From: Candidatus Sericytochromatia bacterium
GTDB taxonomy: Bacteria; Cyanobacteriota; Sericytochromatia; UBA7694
NCBI GenBank assembly: GCA_015272195.1
Contig: JACYMC010000233.1
Location: 1 to 56,654, forward strand
Direction: 5' to 3'
Length of the DNA: 56,654 nt
Shown: piece after piece, positions 45,148 through 53,733 of the stretch
Layout of the letters: each line of letters begins with the position of its first letter
Numbering within the stretch: position 1 is the stretch's first letter
The notes under the pieces: generated by a model
What the model saw: only the letters and a program-made list of their open reading frames with translations
Told to the model about the DNA's origin: nothing
The model's database searches: none
Position numbers and translations under genes: made by a program

Positions 45148-46268
45148 AACGTGTTGAACTGAACTTGCACGAAGGCATGTATCCGGCCCTGATTGGCCAA
45201 CACTTGCTGACCCGCCCTGAGAGCTGGCCGGCAGGCGGCCCACAGCGTAAAGCCCTGGTATTGATGGATGCCGGCGTTGATGCCGCCTGGCCCGAACTGC
45301 AGCAAGACATACAGCAGGGCCTGCAGGCCGCCGGCTGGCTCGCCGAGTGTCTGTGTTTGCCGGCCGGTGAAGAGCTCAAAGACTTTGCCCGGCTCTACCC
45401 ACTCTACGGCGAGCTGCTGCAGCGGGGTCTGCAGCGCCGCTCCTTGCTGGTGGCCGTCGGTGGCGGTACCCTGGGCGATGCGGTGGGCTTTCTGGCCGCC
45501 ACCTACCTGCGCGGCCTGGACTGGGTCAATGTACCGACCACCCTGCTGGCCCAGGTGGATTCAGCCCTCGGCGGCAAAACCGGCGTCAACCACCCGGCCG
45601 GCAAAAACCTGATCGGGGCCATTTATCAGCCGCAGCGCATTCTGTGTGACACCACCCTGCTGCAGCAGCTGCCGGCCCGCGACTGGCTCTCAGGCTACGG
45701 CGAAATGCTCAAATATGGCCTGATTCACGACGAACCCCTGTGGCACTGGCTGCTGCAGCAGCGGGACGCCCTGCTGCGCGGAGATGCCAGCCTGCTCGAA
45801 GAAGCTGTGGCACGCTCCCTGGCCATCAAAGCCCATTTTGTGGCCCAGGACGTGCGCGACCTGACGGGCATCCGGGCCGTGCTGAATTTTGGCCACACCT
45901 TTGGCCATGCCATTGAGCAGGTCACTGGCTATGGCTATTACCGCCATGGTGAAGCCGTGATTCTGGGCATGTACCTGGCCTGTCAGGTCTCGCAGCGCTT
46001 TGGCGTGTTGCCCGGCAGCGCAGGTGAGCGCCTCAGCCAGGCGCTGGCCGCTCTGCCCTTACCCCAGCTGCCTGCGCAGATCACGGCTGAAGACCTGCTG
46101 GCGGTGATGCGCCACGACAAAAAGAACGACGGCGAGGCGATTCACTGCCTGCTGCTGCGCGGCATCGCCGAGATTATCCCTTACCCCTGCAGCAGCACAG
46201 AGCTGGCCCCGGCCCTGAAAAGCGCCCTGGCCAACTGGCGTCAGTCAGCCGCAGCCACCACCACCTGA
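45144..46268 (+). CDS. aroB: 3-dehydroquinate synthase
   Basis: GEELK, GGGTLGDAVGF, PTTLLAQVDSALGGKTGVN, KNLIG, LNFGHTFGHAIE, HGEAV, DKK. Confidence 0.96.
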   Translation: MKRVELNLHEGMYPALIGQHLLTRPESWPAGGPQRKALVLMDAGVDAAWPELQQDIQQGLQAAGWLAECLCLPAGEELKDFARLYPLYGELLQRGLQRRSLLVAVGGGTLGDAVGFLAATYLRGLDWVNVPTTLLAQVDSALGGKTGVNHPAGKNLIGAIYQPQRILCDTTLLQQLPARDWLSGYGEMLKYGLIHDEPLWHWLLQQRDALLRGDASLLEEAVARSLAIKAHFVAQDVRDLTGIRAVLNFGHTFGHAIEQVTGYGYYRHGEAVILGMYLACQVSQRFGVLPGSAGERLSQALAALPLPQLPAQITAEDLLAVMRHDKKNDGEAIHCLLLRGIAEIIPYPCSSTELAPALKSALANWRQSAAATTT

Positions 46269-47503
46269 TTGCGCCCCTGGGCTTTGGCCCGGTACAGGGC
46301 CTGGTCGGCCTGCTGCAGCAACTGCGACATGCCGTTCTGGGCGTCAGGCAGACAGGCCGCCACCCCCAGACTGAGGGTGACAGGCGCTGCGCCGGGGAGG
46401 CCCGGATGGGGCAATTGCAGGCTGCGAATAGCCAGCAGCAGTTCATCAGCAATCTGAACGGCTTTGCTCAGCGGCAGGCGCGGCAGGATAATGCCAAATT
46501 CTTCGCCGCCGTAGCGGGCCACCAGGGCTTCAGGCCAGCTGATCTGATGCTGCAGGGTGCGCCCGACGTGCACCAGGCAGCCATCGCCGGCAATATGGCC
46601 CTGGCTGTCGTTATAGGCTTTAAAGTAATCGATATCGCACATAATCAAAGCCAGTGGCTCACCGGCCTGGCGGCAGCGCCGCCACTCCTGCTGCAGGCAG
46701 CGATCAAAGACCCGGCGATTGGGCAGGCCCGTCAGGCTGTCCTGCTCGGCCAGGCGGGCCAGGGCCAGCTCCAGCTCTTTGCGCTCAGAGGTGTCGCGCA
46801 TAGTCAGGGCCAGCCCGTCTTCCAGGGGTACGGCCAGCATATGAAGCCAGCGCCGCCGGCTGCGGGTATAACGCTCTGTGTCCAGCGGCTGGCCCTGCAC
46901 AAAGACATCCAGTAACTCCTGCCAGGCCACCGGATGCTGCAGCCTGGCCAGCTGCTGCTTCAGACTCAGCAGTTTCAGCCCTTCCTGGGCGGCACCAAAG
47001 ATTTCAGCCGCCCGTGGATTGGCCAGCAGACAGCGAAAGTCAGCGACCTGGCCTTCGGCATCGCGCACGGCCCGGTAAGTCAGAATACCGTCCAGCGAAG
47101 CGTTGAGAATCCCGTTGAGATGGCGCTGCTGCTCCAGAATCAGCAGGTGGGTGCGCAAACGGGCCAGCACCTCTGCTTCTTCGAAGGGCTTGCTGATATA
47201 GTCCACGGCCCCGGCGGCAAAGCAGCGCACTTTGGTTTCGGTATCGTGGTGGGCCGACAGAAACAGCACCCCAATCTCTGCCGTTTCGGGATCTTGTTTA
47301 AGCTGCTCACAGAGCGCAAAACCGTCCATCTCCGGCATGTTGATATCCAGCAGAATCAGCATCGGGGGCTGGGCTTTGATTTTCTCAAGCGCATCAAAGC
47401 CGTGACGGGCCGTCTGAACCGCATAGCCCCGCGCATCCAGAATATTGTGCAGCAAGTTTAAATAGGCCGGACTGTCGTCTACCAGTAAAATATAGCCTGA
47501 CAT
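46241..47503 (-). CDS. Response-regulator diguanylate cyclase (REC-PAS-like-GGDEF)
   Basis: VDD, LLDINMP, KPF receiver; DSLTGLPNRR, DIDYFKAYND, RYGGEEF, ADQALYRAK. Confidence 0.95.
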   Translation of the reverse strand: MSGYILLVDDSPAYLNLLHNILDARGYAVQTARHGFDALEKIKAQPPMLILLDINMPEMDGFALCEQLKQDPETAEIGVLFLSAHHDTETKVRCFAAGAVDYISKPFEEAEVLARLRTHLLILEQQRHLNGILNASLDGILTYRAVRDAEGQVADFRCLLANPRAAEIFGAAQEGLKLLSLKQQLARLQHPVAWQELLDVFVQGQPLDTERYTRSRRRWLHMLAVPLEDGLALTMRDTSERKELELALARLAEQDSLTGLPNRRVFDRCLQQEWRRCRQAGEPLALIMCDIDYFKAYNDSQGHIAGDGCLVHVGRTLQHQISWPEALVARYGGEEFGIILPRLPLSKAVQIADELLLAIRSLQLPHPGLPGAAPVTLSLGVAACLPDAQNGMSQLLQQADQALYRAKAQGRNQVVVAAAD

Positions 47504-47582
47504 GCAGACAGTTTAACATCAATTCAGGCCCGCAGGGCTATGAGTTGAAGGGATTTCAGGTTATAATAGCCTTCAGCAAAAT

Positions 47583-47633
47583 GGCCTCTGCTCTCAGTTA
47601 TCTGGTCTTAAAATAAAGGGCAGAGGCCTTTTT
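47583..47633 (+). terminator. Terminator-like hairpin in the DGC-parC intergenic region
   Basis: GGCCTCTGCTCT...AGGGCAGAGGCC followed by TTTTT; TATAAT at 47562-47567 upstream. Confidence 0.5.
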
Positions 47634-47681
47634 CCAATAACCCCCTCCCCAAAACCTGTATGTTTGCGTACAATGAACAGC

Positions 47682-49631
47682 ATGTCACACGATTCAGCCC
47701 TCAAACATCTGATAGATACCAACTTTTTAGAGTACGCCTCCTACGTCATCAAAGACCGGGCCATTCCTTTTCTGGAGGACGGCCTGAAGCCGGTTCAGCG
47801 GCGCATTCTGCATACACTGCACGAAGTCGACGACGGCAAGTTTCACAAGGTGGCCAATATTGTGGGCCACACCATGCGCTACCATCCCCACGGCGACGCC
47901 AGCATTGAAGCCGCCCTGGTCAATATAGCCCAGAAAAACTATCTGATCGATCAGCAGGGCAACTTCGGCAATATTCTGACCGGTGATCCCGCCAGTGCGG
48001 CCCGCTATATTGAGTGCCGCCTCAGCCCCCTGGCCCGTGAAACCCTGTTCAGCCCTGAGATCACCGACTATACCGACAGCTACGACGGGCGCAACCGCGA
48101 GCCCGTCTTTCTGCGGGCCAAAATTCCCCTGCTGCTGATGTCAGGTGTTGAAGGCATTGCCGTCGGGCTCTCAACCAAAATTCTGCCCCACAACTTTGCC
48201 GAGCTGCTGCAGGCCCAGATGGCCATTTTAAAAGGCGAAGATTTTGAACTCTATCCCGACTTTGCCCAGGGCGGCCTGGTGGATATCAGCCAGTACCAGC
48301 GGGGCAAAGGACGCGTGCGCCTGCGCGCCAAGGTCGAAGTCCGAGACCCCAAAACCCTGGTGATTCGTGAGCTCCCCTACGGCAGCACCACCGAGTCGCT
48401 GCTGGCCAGCATCGAAAATGCCATCCAGCGCGGCAAACTCAAAATTGCCAGCATCAATGACTTTACCACCGAGCACGTCGAAATTGAACTGCGCATGGGC
48501 CATGGCGTCAACGCCAATGAGTTGCTGCCGCGCCTGTTTTTGTATACCGACTGCGAAACCAGCATGAGCCTGAGCCCGATTGTGATTCAGGATCAGCAGC
48601 CGGTGGAGCTGAGCGTACACCAGATTCTGGAGGCCAATACGCGGCTGCTGCAGCAAACCCTCGAAAAAGAGCTGCAGATGCAGCTCGAAAAGCTGCGCCA
48701 CCGCTACCGCGATCTGGTGCTGGTGCAGATTTTTATCGAAAACAAAATTTATCAGGCCCTCGAAGACGCCGACGATCTCGGCGAACTCAAGGCCATGCTG
48801 CGGGCCACCCTCGAACCCATGCTCGATGAGCAATATGTGCCCGTGCCCGAAGAGAGCATCGACAAGCTGCTGAATATTCCCATTCGTCGCATCACGCGCT
48901 TTGACTCCGACAAGGCCCGCGCTGATCTGGCTGCGATTGCCGAAGAAATGGGTGTGCTGCGCCAGCATCTGAGCCAGATGACAGCCTACACCATCCGCTG
49001 GCTCGAAGATATGCTCAAACGCTACGGCAAAGACTACCCGCGTCGCACCGAGCTGTCGGCCTTTGACAGCGTCGACGTGACCGAAGTGGCCGTGCAGGAT
49101 CTGAAAGTGGGCTATGATCGCGAAAGCCACTACCTCGGCAGCGATATTCGCCAGGGCGAGGCCGTGCCCTGCTCCAGCTTTGACCGCATGCTGCTCTTTT
49201 TTGAAAGCGGCAGCTACAAAGTCATCGAAGTACCACAGAAGTTGTTTATCGAAGAGCCCCTGCGCCATTACGACCGCCAGGGCCGCCTGCCGGAAGCCTC
49301 CGTGCTCTACCGTGACCCCGAAGACGGGCATATTTACATGAAGCGCTTTGTGGTCAGCCAGTTTATTCTCAACAAGGTCTACCGCTTTATTCCCGAAGGG
49401 GCCCAGCTGGTCTACTTCTCGGTTGAAGCGGAGCCCCTGCTGCAGCTGCACTTTGAGCCCAAAGCCCGCACCCGTGTGACCCAGCAGCTGGTCGACTTTG
49501 CCAAGATGCGGGTCAAATCCGTGTCGTCCAAAGGCAACCGGGTGACCGATCGCGAGATTGCCGGCATTCAGGTGCTGGAGCGCAGCGCCCTGCCCGAAGC
49601 GCCGGGGCTGACAGCCGGCGCCACACATTAA
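47682..49631 (+). CDS. parC: Type IIA topoisomerase A subunit, short ParC-like
   Basis: YASYVIKDRAIP..DGLKPVQRR, YHPHGD, QGNFG, AARY (catalytic Tyr), GIAVG.ST.I.PHN. About 650 aa with a reduced CTD and no GyrA box. Start at 47664-47682 is uncertain. Confidence 0.85.
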   Translation: MSHDSALKHLIDTNFLEYASYVIKDRAIPFLEDGLKPVQRRILHTLHEVDDGKFHKVANIVGHTMRYHPHGDASIEAALVNIAQKNYLIDQQGNFGNILTGDPASAARYIECRLSPLARETLFSPEITDYTDSYDGRNREPVFLRAKIPLLLMSGVEGIAVGLSTKILPHNFAELLQAQMAILKGEDFELYPDFAQGGLVDISQYQRGKGRVRLRAKVEVRDPKTLVIRELPYGSTTESLLASIENAIQRGKLKIASINDFTTEHVEIELRMGHGVNANELLPRLFLYTDCETSMSLSPIVIQDQQPVELSVHQILEANTRLLQQTLEKELQMQLEKLRHRYRDLVLVQIFIENKIYQALEDADDLGELKAMLRATLEPMLDEQYVPVPEESIDKLLNIPIRRITRFDSDKARADLAAIAEEMGVLRQHLSQMTAYTIRWLEDMLKRYGKDYPRRTELSAFDSVDVTEVAVQDLKVGYDRESHYLGSDIRQGEAVPCSSFDRMLLFFESGSYKVIEVPQKLFIEEPLRHYDRQGRLPEASVLYRDPEDGHIYMKRFVVSQFILNKVYRFIPEGAQLVYFSVEAEPLLQLHFEPKARTRVTQQLVDFAKMRVKSVSSKGNRVTDREIAGIQVLERSALPEAPGLTAGATH

Positions 49632-49669
49632 CTGACCAGCGGCTGCCGGTCAGAACATCACACAGCGCT

Positions 49670-50923
49670 TTAAGCCGAGGGCCTTGCAGACGGCCCGGAG
49701 CGGCTGGGGCTGGCGGCCGGCTGCTCAAAGGTGAAGCTGTAGTCCTTTAATACGCGAATGGCGCTGCGAAAGCCGCTTTCGGCGATTTTTTCCATGCTTT
49801 TGGGTGAGAGGTTAAAGTGATCCGCAAAAAAGAGATCTTCTTCGCGTGAACTGGGGTTGATAAACAGATAGTCCACGTCCGGTTTAAAATTCAGCTTCTG
49901 GGTTAAAATCTGCATCAGCTCCGTGGCGGCCTCGGCACTCATGTTGTGGCGTTTGGCAAAGGCCTGAATTTCGCTGAGCACCATTTTTTTCATGTCATGG
50001 GTTTCTTTGGCGTTCTGAATGCGCGATTCAATCAATTGATAGATGGCCTGCACCAGGATCGAAGGAATACCAAAATCAATCAGAGAGCCCACGTCTTCAC
50101 GGTAGTGGTAAGGGTGATGGGTATACGACACAATGATCAGATCACAGCCGGCGTCTTTGGCCACATGGGTCGAGAGGGTGCGGCGGATTTCGCCGTCAAA
50201 GCAATAAACTACGCCGTCTTCGGTCCGCAGGGGGTAGGGTTTGAAGATCGGGGGCAGCGACATGGAGGCCGCCGCCGCATGGGAAATTTCGACATAGTCG
50301 GTGTATTGGGTTTCGGCGTCGTAATAATAACCAGGGCGCTGCACGTCGGCCAGCGAGCGAGGGCCACAGATCAGACGGCCCGGCCGGTCAAGGGTGGTGG
50401 TCACGGCATAGAACTCTGCCGCCAGATCTTTAAAGCGGTTGCTGGGCAGCACCTGCTTGCGCAAAAACTTTTCGAGATTGCGGGTGGAGTAAAAGCCGTT
50501 GGCCGAAAACAGGGTTTGAACCAGCGCCTCCAGCGAATCCATGCCGCGCATCTTAAAGGACTTGGGCAAACGCGGCAAAAAGCGCATCAGGGTATCAAAG
50601 ACGTTGGGGTTGAGCATATCGCCATACGATAGCGTCGGAAAGCGGGCGTTGCGCTCGCGCAAAAAGGAGCGGTAGATATCGTCAAGCGGGTAGCCGCTGG
50701 TAATCATGGCACAGGCAAAAGCCCCCGCACTGGAACCCACCAGCACCTCAATTTCACGGCCATTGTGCAGCAGTGGCCCGGCGTCGCGGGCCAGGCCGGA
50801 ACGGAAACTGAAGCCTTTGCGCTGCAGGGCCAGGGCCACGCCCATGTGAAAACAGGCGGCTTTAGCAGCACCGCCGCTGGCCACAAAGCCGATTTTGCGC
50901 TTGAGTGGCAGGGTCGCAATCAT
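49670..50923 (-). CDS. Patatin-like phospholipase
   Basis: SGGAAKA Gly loop, GSSAG nucleophile, ASMSLPPIF.P, DGE catalytic Asp. Confidence 0.9.
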   Translation of the reverse strand: MIATLPLKRKIGFVASGGAAKAACFHMGVALALQRKGFSFRSGLARDAGPLLHNGREIEVLVGSSAGAFACAMITSGYPLDDIYRSFLRERNARFPTLSYGDMLNPNVFDTLMRFLPRLPKSFKMRGMDSLEALVQTLFSANGFYSTRNLEKFLRKQVLPSNRFKDLAAEFYAVTTTLDRPGRLICGPRSLADVQRPGYYYDAETQYTDYVEISHAAAASMSLPPIFKPYPLRTEDGVVYCFDGEIRRTLSTHVAKDAGCDLIIVSYTHHPYHYREDVGSLIDFGIPSILVQAIYQLIESRIQNAKETHDMKKMVLSEIQAFAKRHNMSAEAATELMQILTQKLNFKPDVDYLFINPSSREEDLFFADHFNLSPKSMEKIAESGFRSAIRVLKDYSFTFEQPAASPSRSGPSARPSA

Positions 50924-50932
50924 GGGCCTGGC

Positions 50933-51460
50933 TCAGTCAGCAAATGCGCTGACGGGGTTGCTGGACTCCAGCTTGAGACGGAACTCAGAAGCCAGAGAGC
51001 TGATTTCTTCGACCATGGTGGTGATCACGTCTGAGGCCAGCTCCTGGTGATAAAGGGCTTTGCCCACCAGCTGGAGCTGCTTGTCGGCGCTGATTTGCAC
51101 GCGTGAAAAAATCAGCTGATTGGCCAGGGTCAGAATTTCGGGCAGGACGTGCAGATGGGCTTCAGGATCATAGTCAGCCAGAAAAGCCGAGCTGATAATC
51201 AGATCGCGGCCTTCGTTAAAGCCAGATTCGCAGAATTCGAGGGTGATCTGGACCGCCTCGTGCAGCGTGCCTTCCTCGTCAATGAACTCCACCTGATAGG
51301 CCTCGTCTTCAGGGCTGTAAGACCAGCTGGCTTCCAGACGCTCGGCTACTTCATCGATCAGGCTTTCAAATTCCAGATACTCGATTTCGTCGTCCAGAAA
51401 CGAACTGGCGTCAGTAAACGTGTCAGGAATGACTCCCGTCATGAGCATGCCAAATACCAT
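50933..51460 (-). CDS. Acidic hypothetical protein, YbjN/T3SS-chaperone-like
   Basis: Very Asp/Glu-rich; ILTLANQLIFSRVQI, then a strand and a C-terminal amphipathic helix ITTMVEEISSLASEFRLKL. Confidence 0.6.
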   Translation of the reverse strand: MVFGMLMTGVIPDTFTDASSFLDDEIEYLEFESLIDEVAERLEASWSYSPEDEAYQVEFIDEEGTLHEAVQITLEFCESGFNEGRDLIISSAFLADYDPEAHLHVLPEILTLANQLIFSRVQISADKQLQLVGKALYHQELASDVITTMVEEISSLASEFRLKLESSNPVSAFAD

Positions 51461-51675
51461 CCAAACCCAAAAATTGCGTTGACCCGCCGGTTATCATTCA
51501 GTGATTGATGATCAGATATGAGCTTAATTGTGGACTGTCAGCGGGTCTGCTGTCAACACCAAGCATCACAGCTCCGCACAATCTCCTGAAAGATTTTATA
51601 ATGAAGCAGCGCGTCATCTGTATCATTAAAGCACATTTGCTTGCATTTGTGCAGCGCTTTTGGCAGAATGGCAGG

Positions 51676-53715
51676 GTGTCAAAGCACAATTCTGACTGGT
51701 TTTTACCCCCTTTATTATGGCGCCAGCTGCAGGCCCGTTCTGCTGCGACGCCAGACTGGCGCGCAAACTGCCTGCAGACCCTGGTGCATTTGGTCTGGCC
51801 GGCCCATCTGCCCGAAAACACCCCACCGTCTGACCTCACCCTCACAGACGATCCCCTGCTGCTGGCCCTGGCCGAATGGGTCGCCGGCGTCACGGATATC
51901 TGGGCCCGTCTGCAGCGGCTGGCGCTCCTGTCGGAACTGCTGGCCAGCCAACCGCAGCGCAAACAGACCGGCCTGTATTACACCCCGCCACGGCTGGCGC
52001 GCTATCTGGCAGAAACCAGCCTGCGCCCATTGTGGCAGGGGCCACACAAGGTGCTCCACTGTCTGGATCCGGCCTGCGGCAGCGGCATGTTTTTGTGGGC
52101 CCTGTTTCAGACCGTCTGGGACTGGGGACTGGGGGCCATCAGCAATCTGAAGCAACGCGAAAAGCTGAGCTTTGAATGGATTTCTGCCCTGCGCGGCTGC
52201 GATCTGGACCCCCAGGCGCTGGAGGTGGCCCGCATCGGCTTTGTCTGCTTCTGGCAGCACTGCTTTCCGGGTCGCCCGATGCCCCAACCCCGGCTGCACT
52301 GCGGCGACGCTCTCGCCGCCAGCGAATCCGGCCAGCTGCAGCTGGCCGACTGGCTGGCTGACCAGCCGCCACTGGATTTGCTGCTGAGCAACCCACCCTA
52401 TCTGGGAGAAAAAAATCACCGGGCTGTTTTTGAACCCCTGCGCCAGGGCCCCTGGGCTGCCGACTACCGGGGCAGGGGCGATCTGTACTACTACTTTTTT
52501 TATCTGGCCCTGAAGCTCGGCCAGCCCCAGACCCTGGCCGGCCTGCTGACCCCCAGCTACTTTTTGAGCGCCAGCGGTGCAGCGCACCTGCGCCAGCGTC
52601 TGTTACATGACAGCAGCCTGCTGCAGCTGATCGACTTTCAGAGCCTGCGCCTGTTTCCTGGCGCCCAGGGCCAGCACAACGCCTTTACCCTGCTGCGCTG
52701 TGCACCGCCCGATCCCGCTCATCAGGTGGCGCTGCGCCGGGCCTTGCATCCCCGTGCACGCAGCCGGCAGCTGCAGGCCTCAGATCTGGACGCACTGGAC
52801 CAGCAGGCCCCGGACTATCGCCCGCAGCACGCGCTGTTTCAGGGGCGCACGGCCCTGATGCTCTCCCAGGCCAGTGAGGCCGTGGCAGCACAATTACAGC
52901 AGCTTGAGCAGCAGGCCGAACCCCTGGGCACCTATTTCAGCGTCTCGCAGGGCATTGTCAGCGGGGCTGACCGCCTCTCAGCCCAGCAGCAAAAGGCGCA
53001 CGGCATTGTCTGCGCGCCGGGCAGCGGCATCTTTGTGATCAACCCGGATGAAAGCACCCGGCTGGAAGGCGCTCTGCGCCAGGCCGGACTGGACCCGGCG
53101 GACTGGCTGCGGCCCTGGTTTAAAAACTCAGATATTCAGCCCTTTGCTGTCAATACCTGCCCCCGCTACCAGCTGCTCTACCTGCACCGGGGCGTTCAGA
53201 CGCTGCCTGCCGTACTGGAAGCGCACCTGCAGCCCTTTTACCCCGTGCTGGCGCGCCGCCGCGAAGTGATGCAGGGGCGACTGCCCTGGTGGCAGCTGCA
53301 ATGGCCGCGTCAGCCTGGACGCTTCACCGGCCCCAAACTGGTGCTGCCACAAAGGGCTGAGTCGGTCAGGGCTGCCTATACGGCCCTGCCCTGGTATGCC
53401 AGTGCGGACGTGTACTTTATTCAGCCCCGCAGCGCGGCCGCGTCCTCTGGCTGGCAGCTGGAGCTGCTGGAGCTCTGGCTCAACAGCCCCCTGGTCAGCC
53501 AGTGGTTTTATCACCGGGGCAAGCGCAAAGGTGCGCTGCTGGAGCTGTATCAGCAGCCCCTGAGCCAGGTGCCCCTGCCCCGCATTGCCCCGGCACAGCA
53601 GCGCCGTCTGCAACAATGGCTGCGTGGCGGTCTGCCCGAGCGCAGCCAGCGGGGTGAAGCGGCTTATCAGGCGCAGCTGACACAGATGCTGAAGCAATAT
53701 CTGATGTTAGAATAG
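51676..53715 (+). CDS. N6-adenine DNA methyltransferase (TaqI/Eco57I-like, gamma order) with C-terminal target-recognition region
   Basis: GLYYTP, LDPACGSGMF (motif I), NPPY (motif IV), DLYYYF, WWQLQWPR. The frame is open from 51505; GTG 51676 follows TTGCAT-17-CAGAAT. Confidence 0.85.
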   Translation: MSKHNSDWFLPPLLWRQLQARSAATPDWRANCLQTLVHLVWPAHLPENTPPSDLTLTDDPLLLALAEWVAGVTDIWARLQRLALLSELLASQPQRKQTGLYYTPPRLARYLAETSLRPLWQGPHKVLHCLDPACGSGMFLWALFQTVWDWGLGAISNLKQREKLSFEWISALRGCDLDPQALEVARIGFVCFWQHCFPGRPMPQPRLHCGDALAASESGQLQLADWLADQPPLDLLLSNPPYLGEKNHRAVFEPLRQGPWAADYRGRGDLYYYFFYLALKLGQPQTLAGLLTPSYFLSASGAAHLRQRLLHDSSLLQLIDFQSLRLFPGAQGQHNAFTLLRCAPPDPAHQVALRRALHPRARSRQLQASDLDALDQQAPDYRPQHALFQGRTALMLSQASEAVAAQLQQLEQQAEPLGTYFSVSQGIVSGADRLSAQQQKAHGIVCAPGSGIFVINPDESTRLEGALRQAGLDPADWLRPWFKNSDIQPFAVNTCPRYQLLYLHRGVQTLPAVLEAHLQPFYPVLARRREVMQGRLPWWQLQWPRQPGRFTGPKLVLPQRAESVRAAYTALPWYASADVYFIQPRSAAASSGWQLELLELWLNSPLVSQWFYHRGKRKGALLELYQQPLSQVPLPRIAPAQQRRLQQWLRGGLPERSQRGEAAYQAQLTQMLKQYLMLE

Positions 53716-53733
53716 GCAAAAAAGGAGCGTATC

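Noticed and set aside
47575-47633. Fluoride riboswitch
   Set aside because: The AUGGCCUC/GAGGCC pairing is superficially similar, but the conserved UGAUG segment is absent and the downstream gene is atypical.
48228-49628. 466-aa minus-strand ORF
   Set aside because: Shadow of the topoisomerase gene.
51505-51675. N-terminal extension of the MTase in the ORF track
   Set aside because: AT-rich and promoter-like (TTGCAT-17-CAGAAT); more likely the divergent intergenic region.
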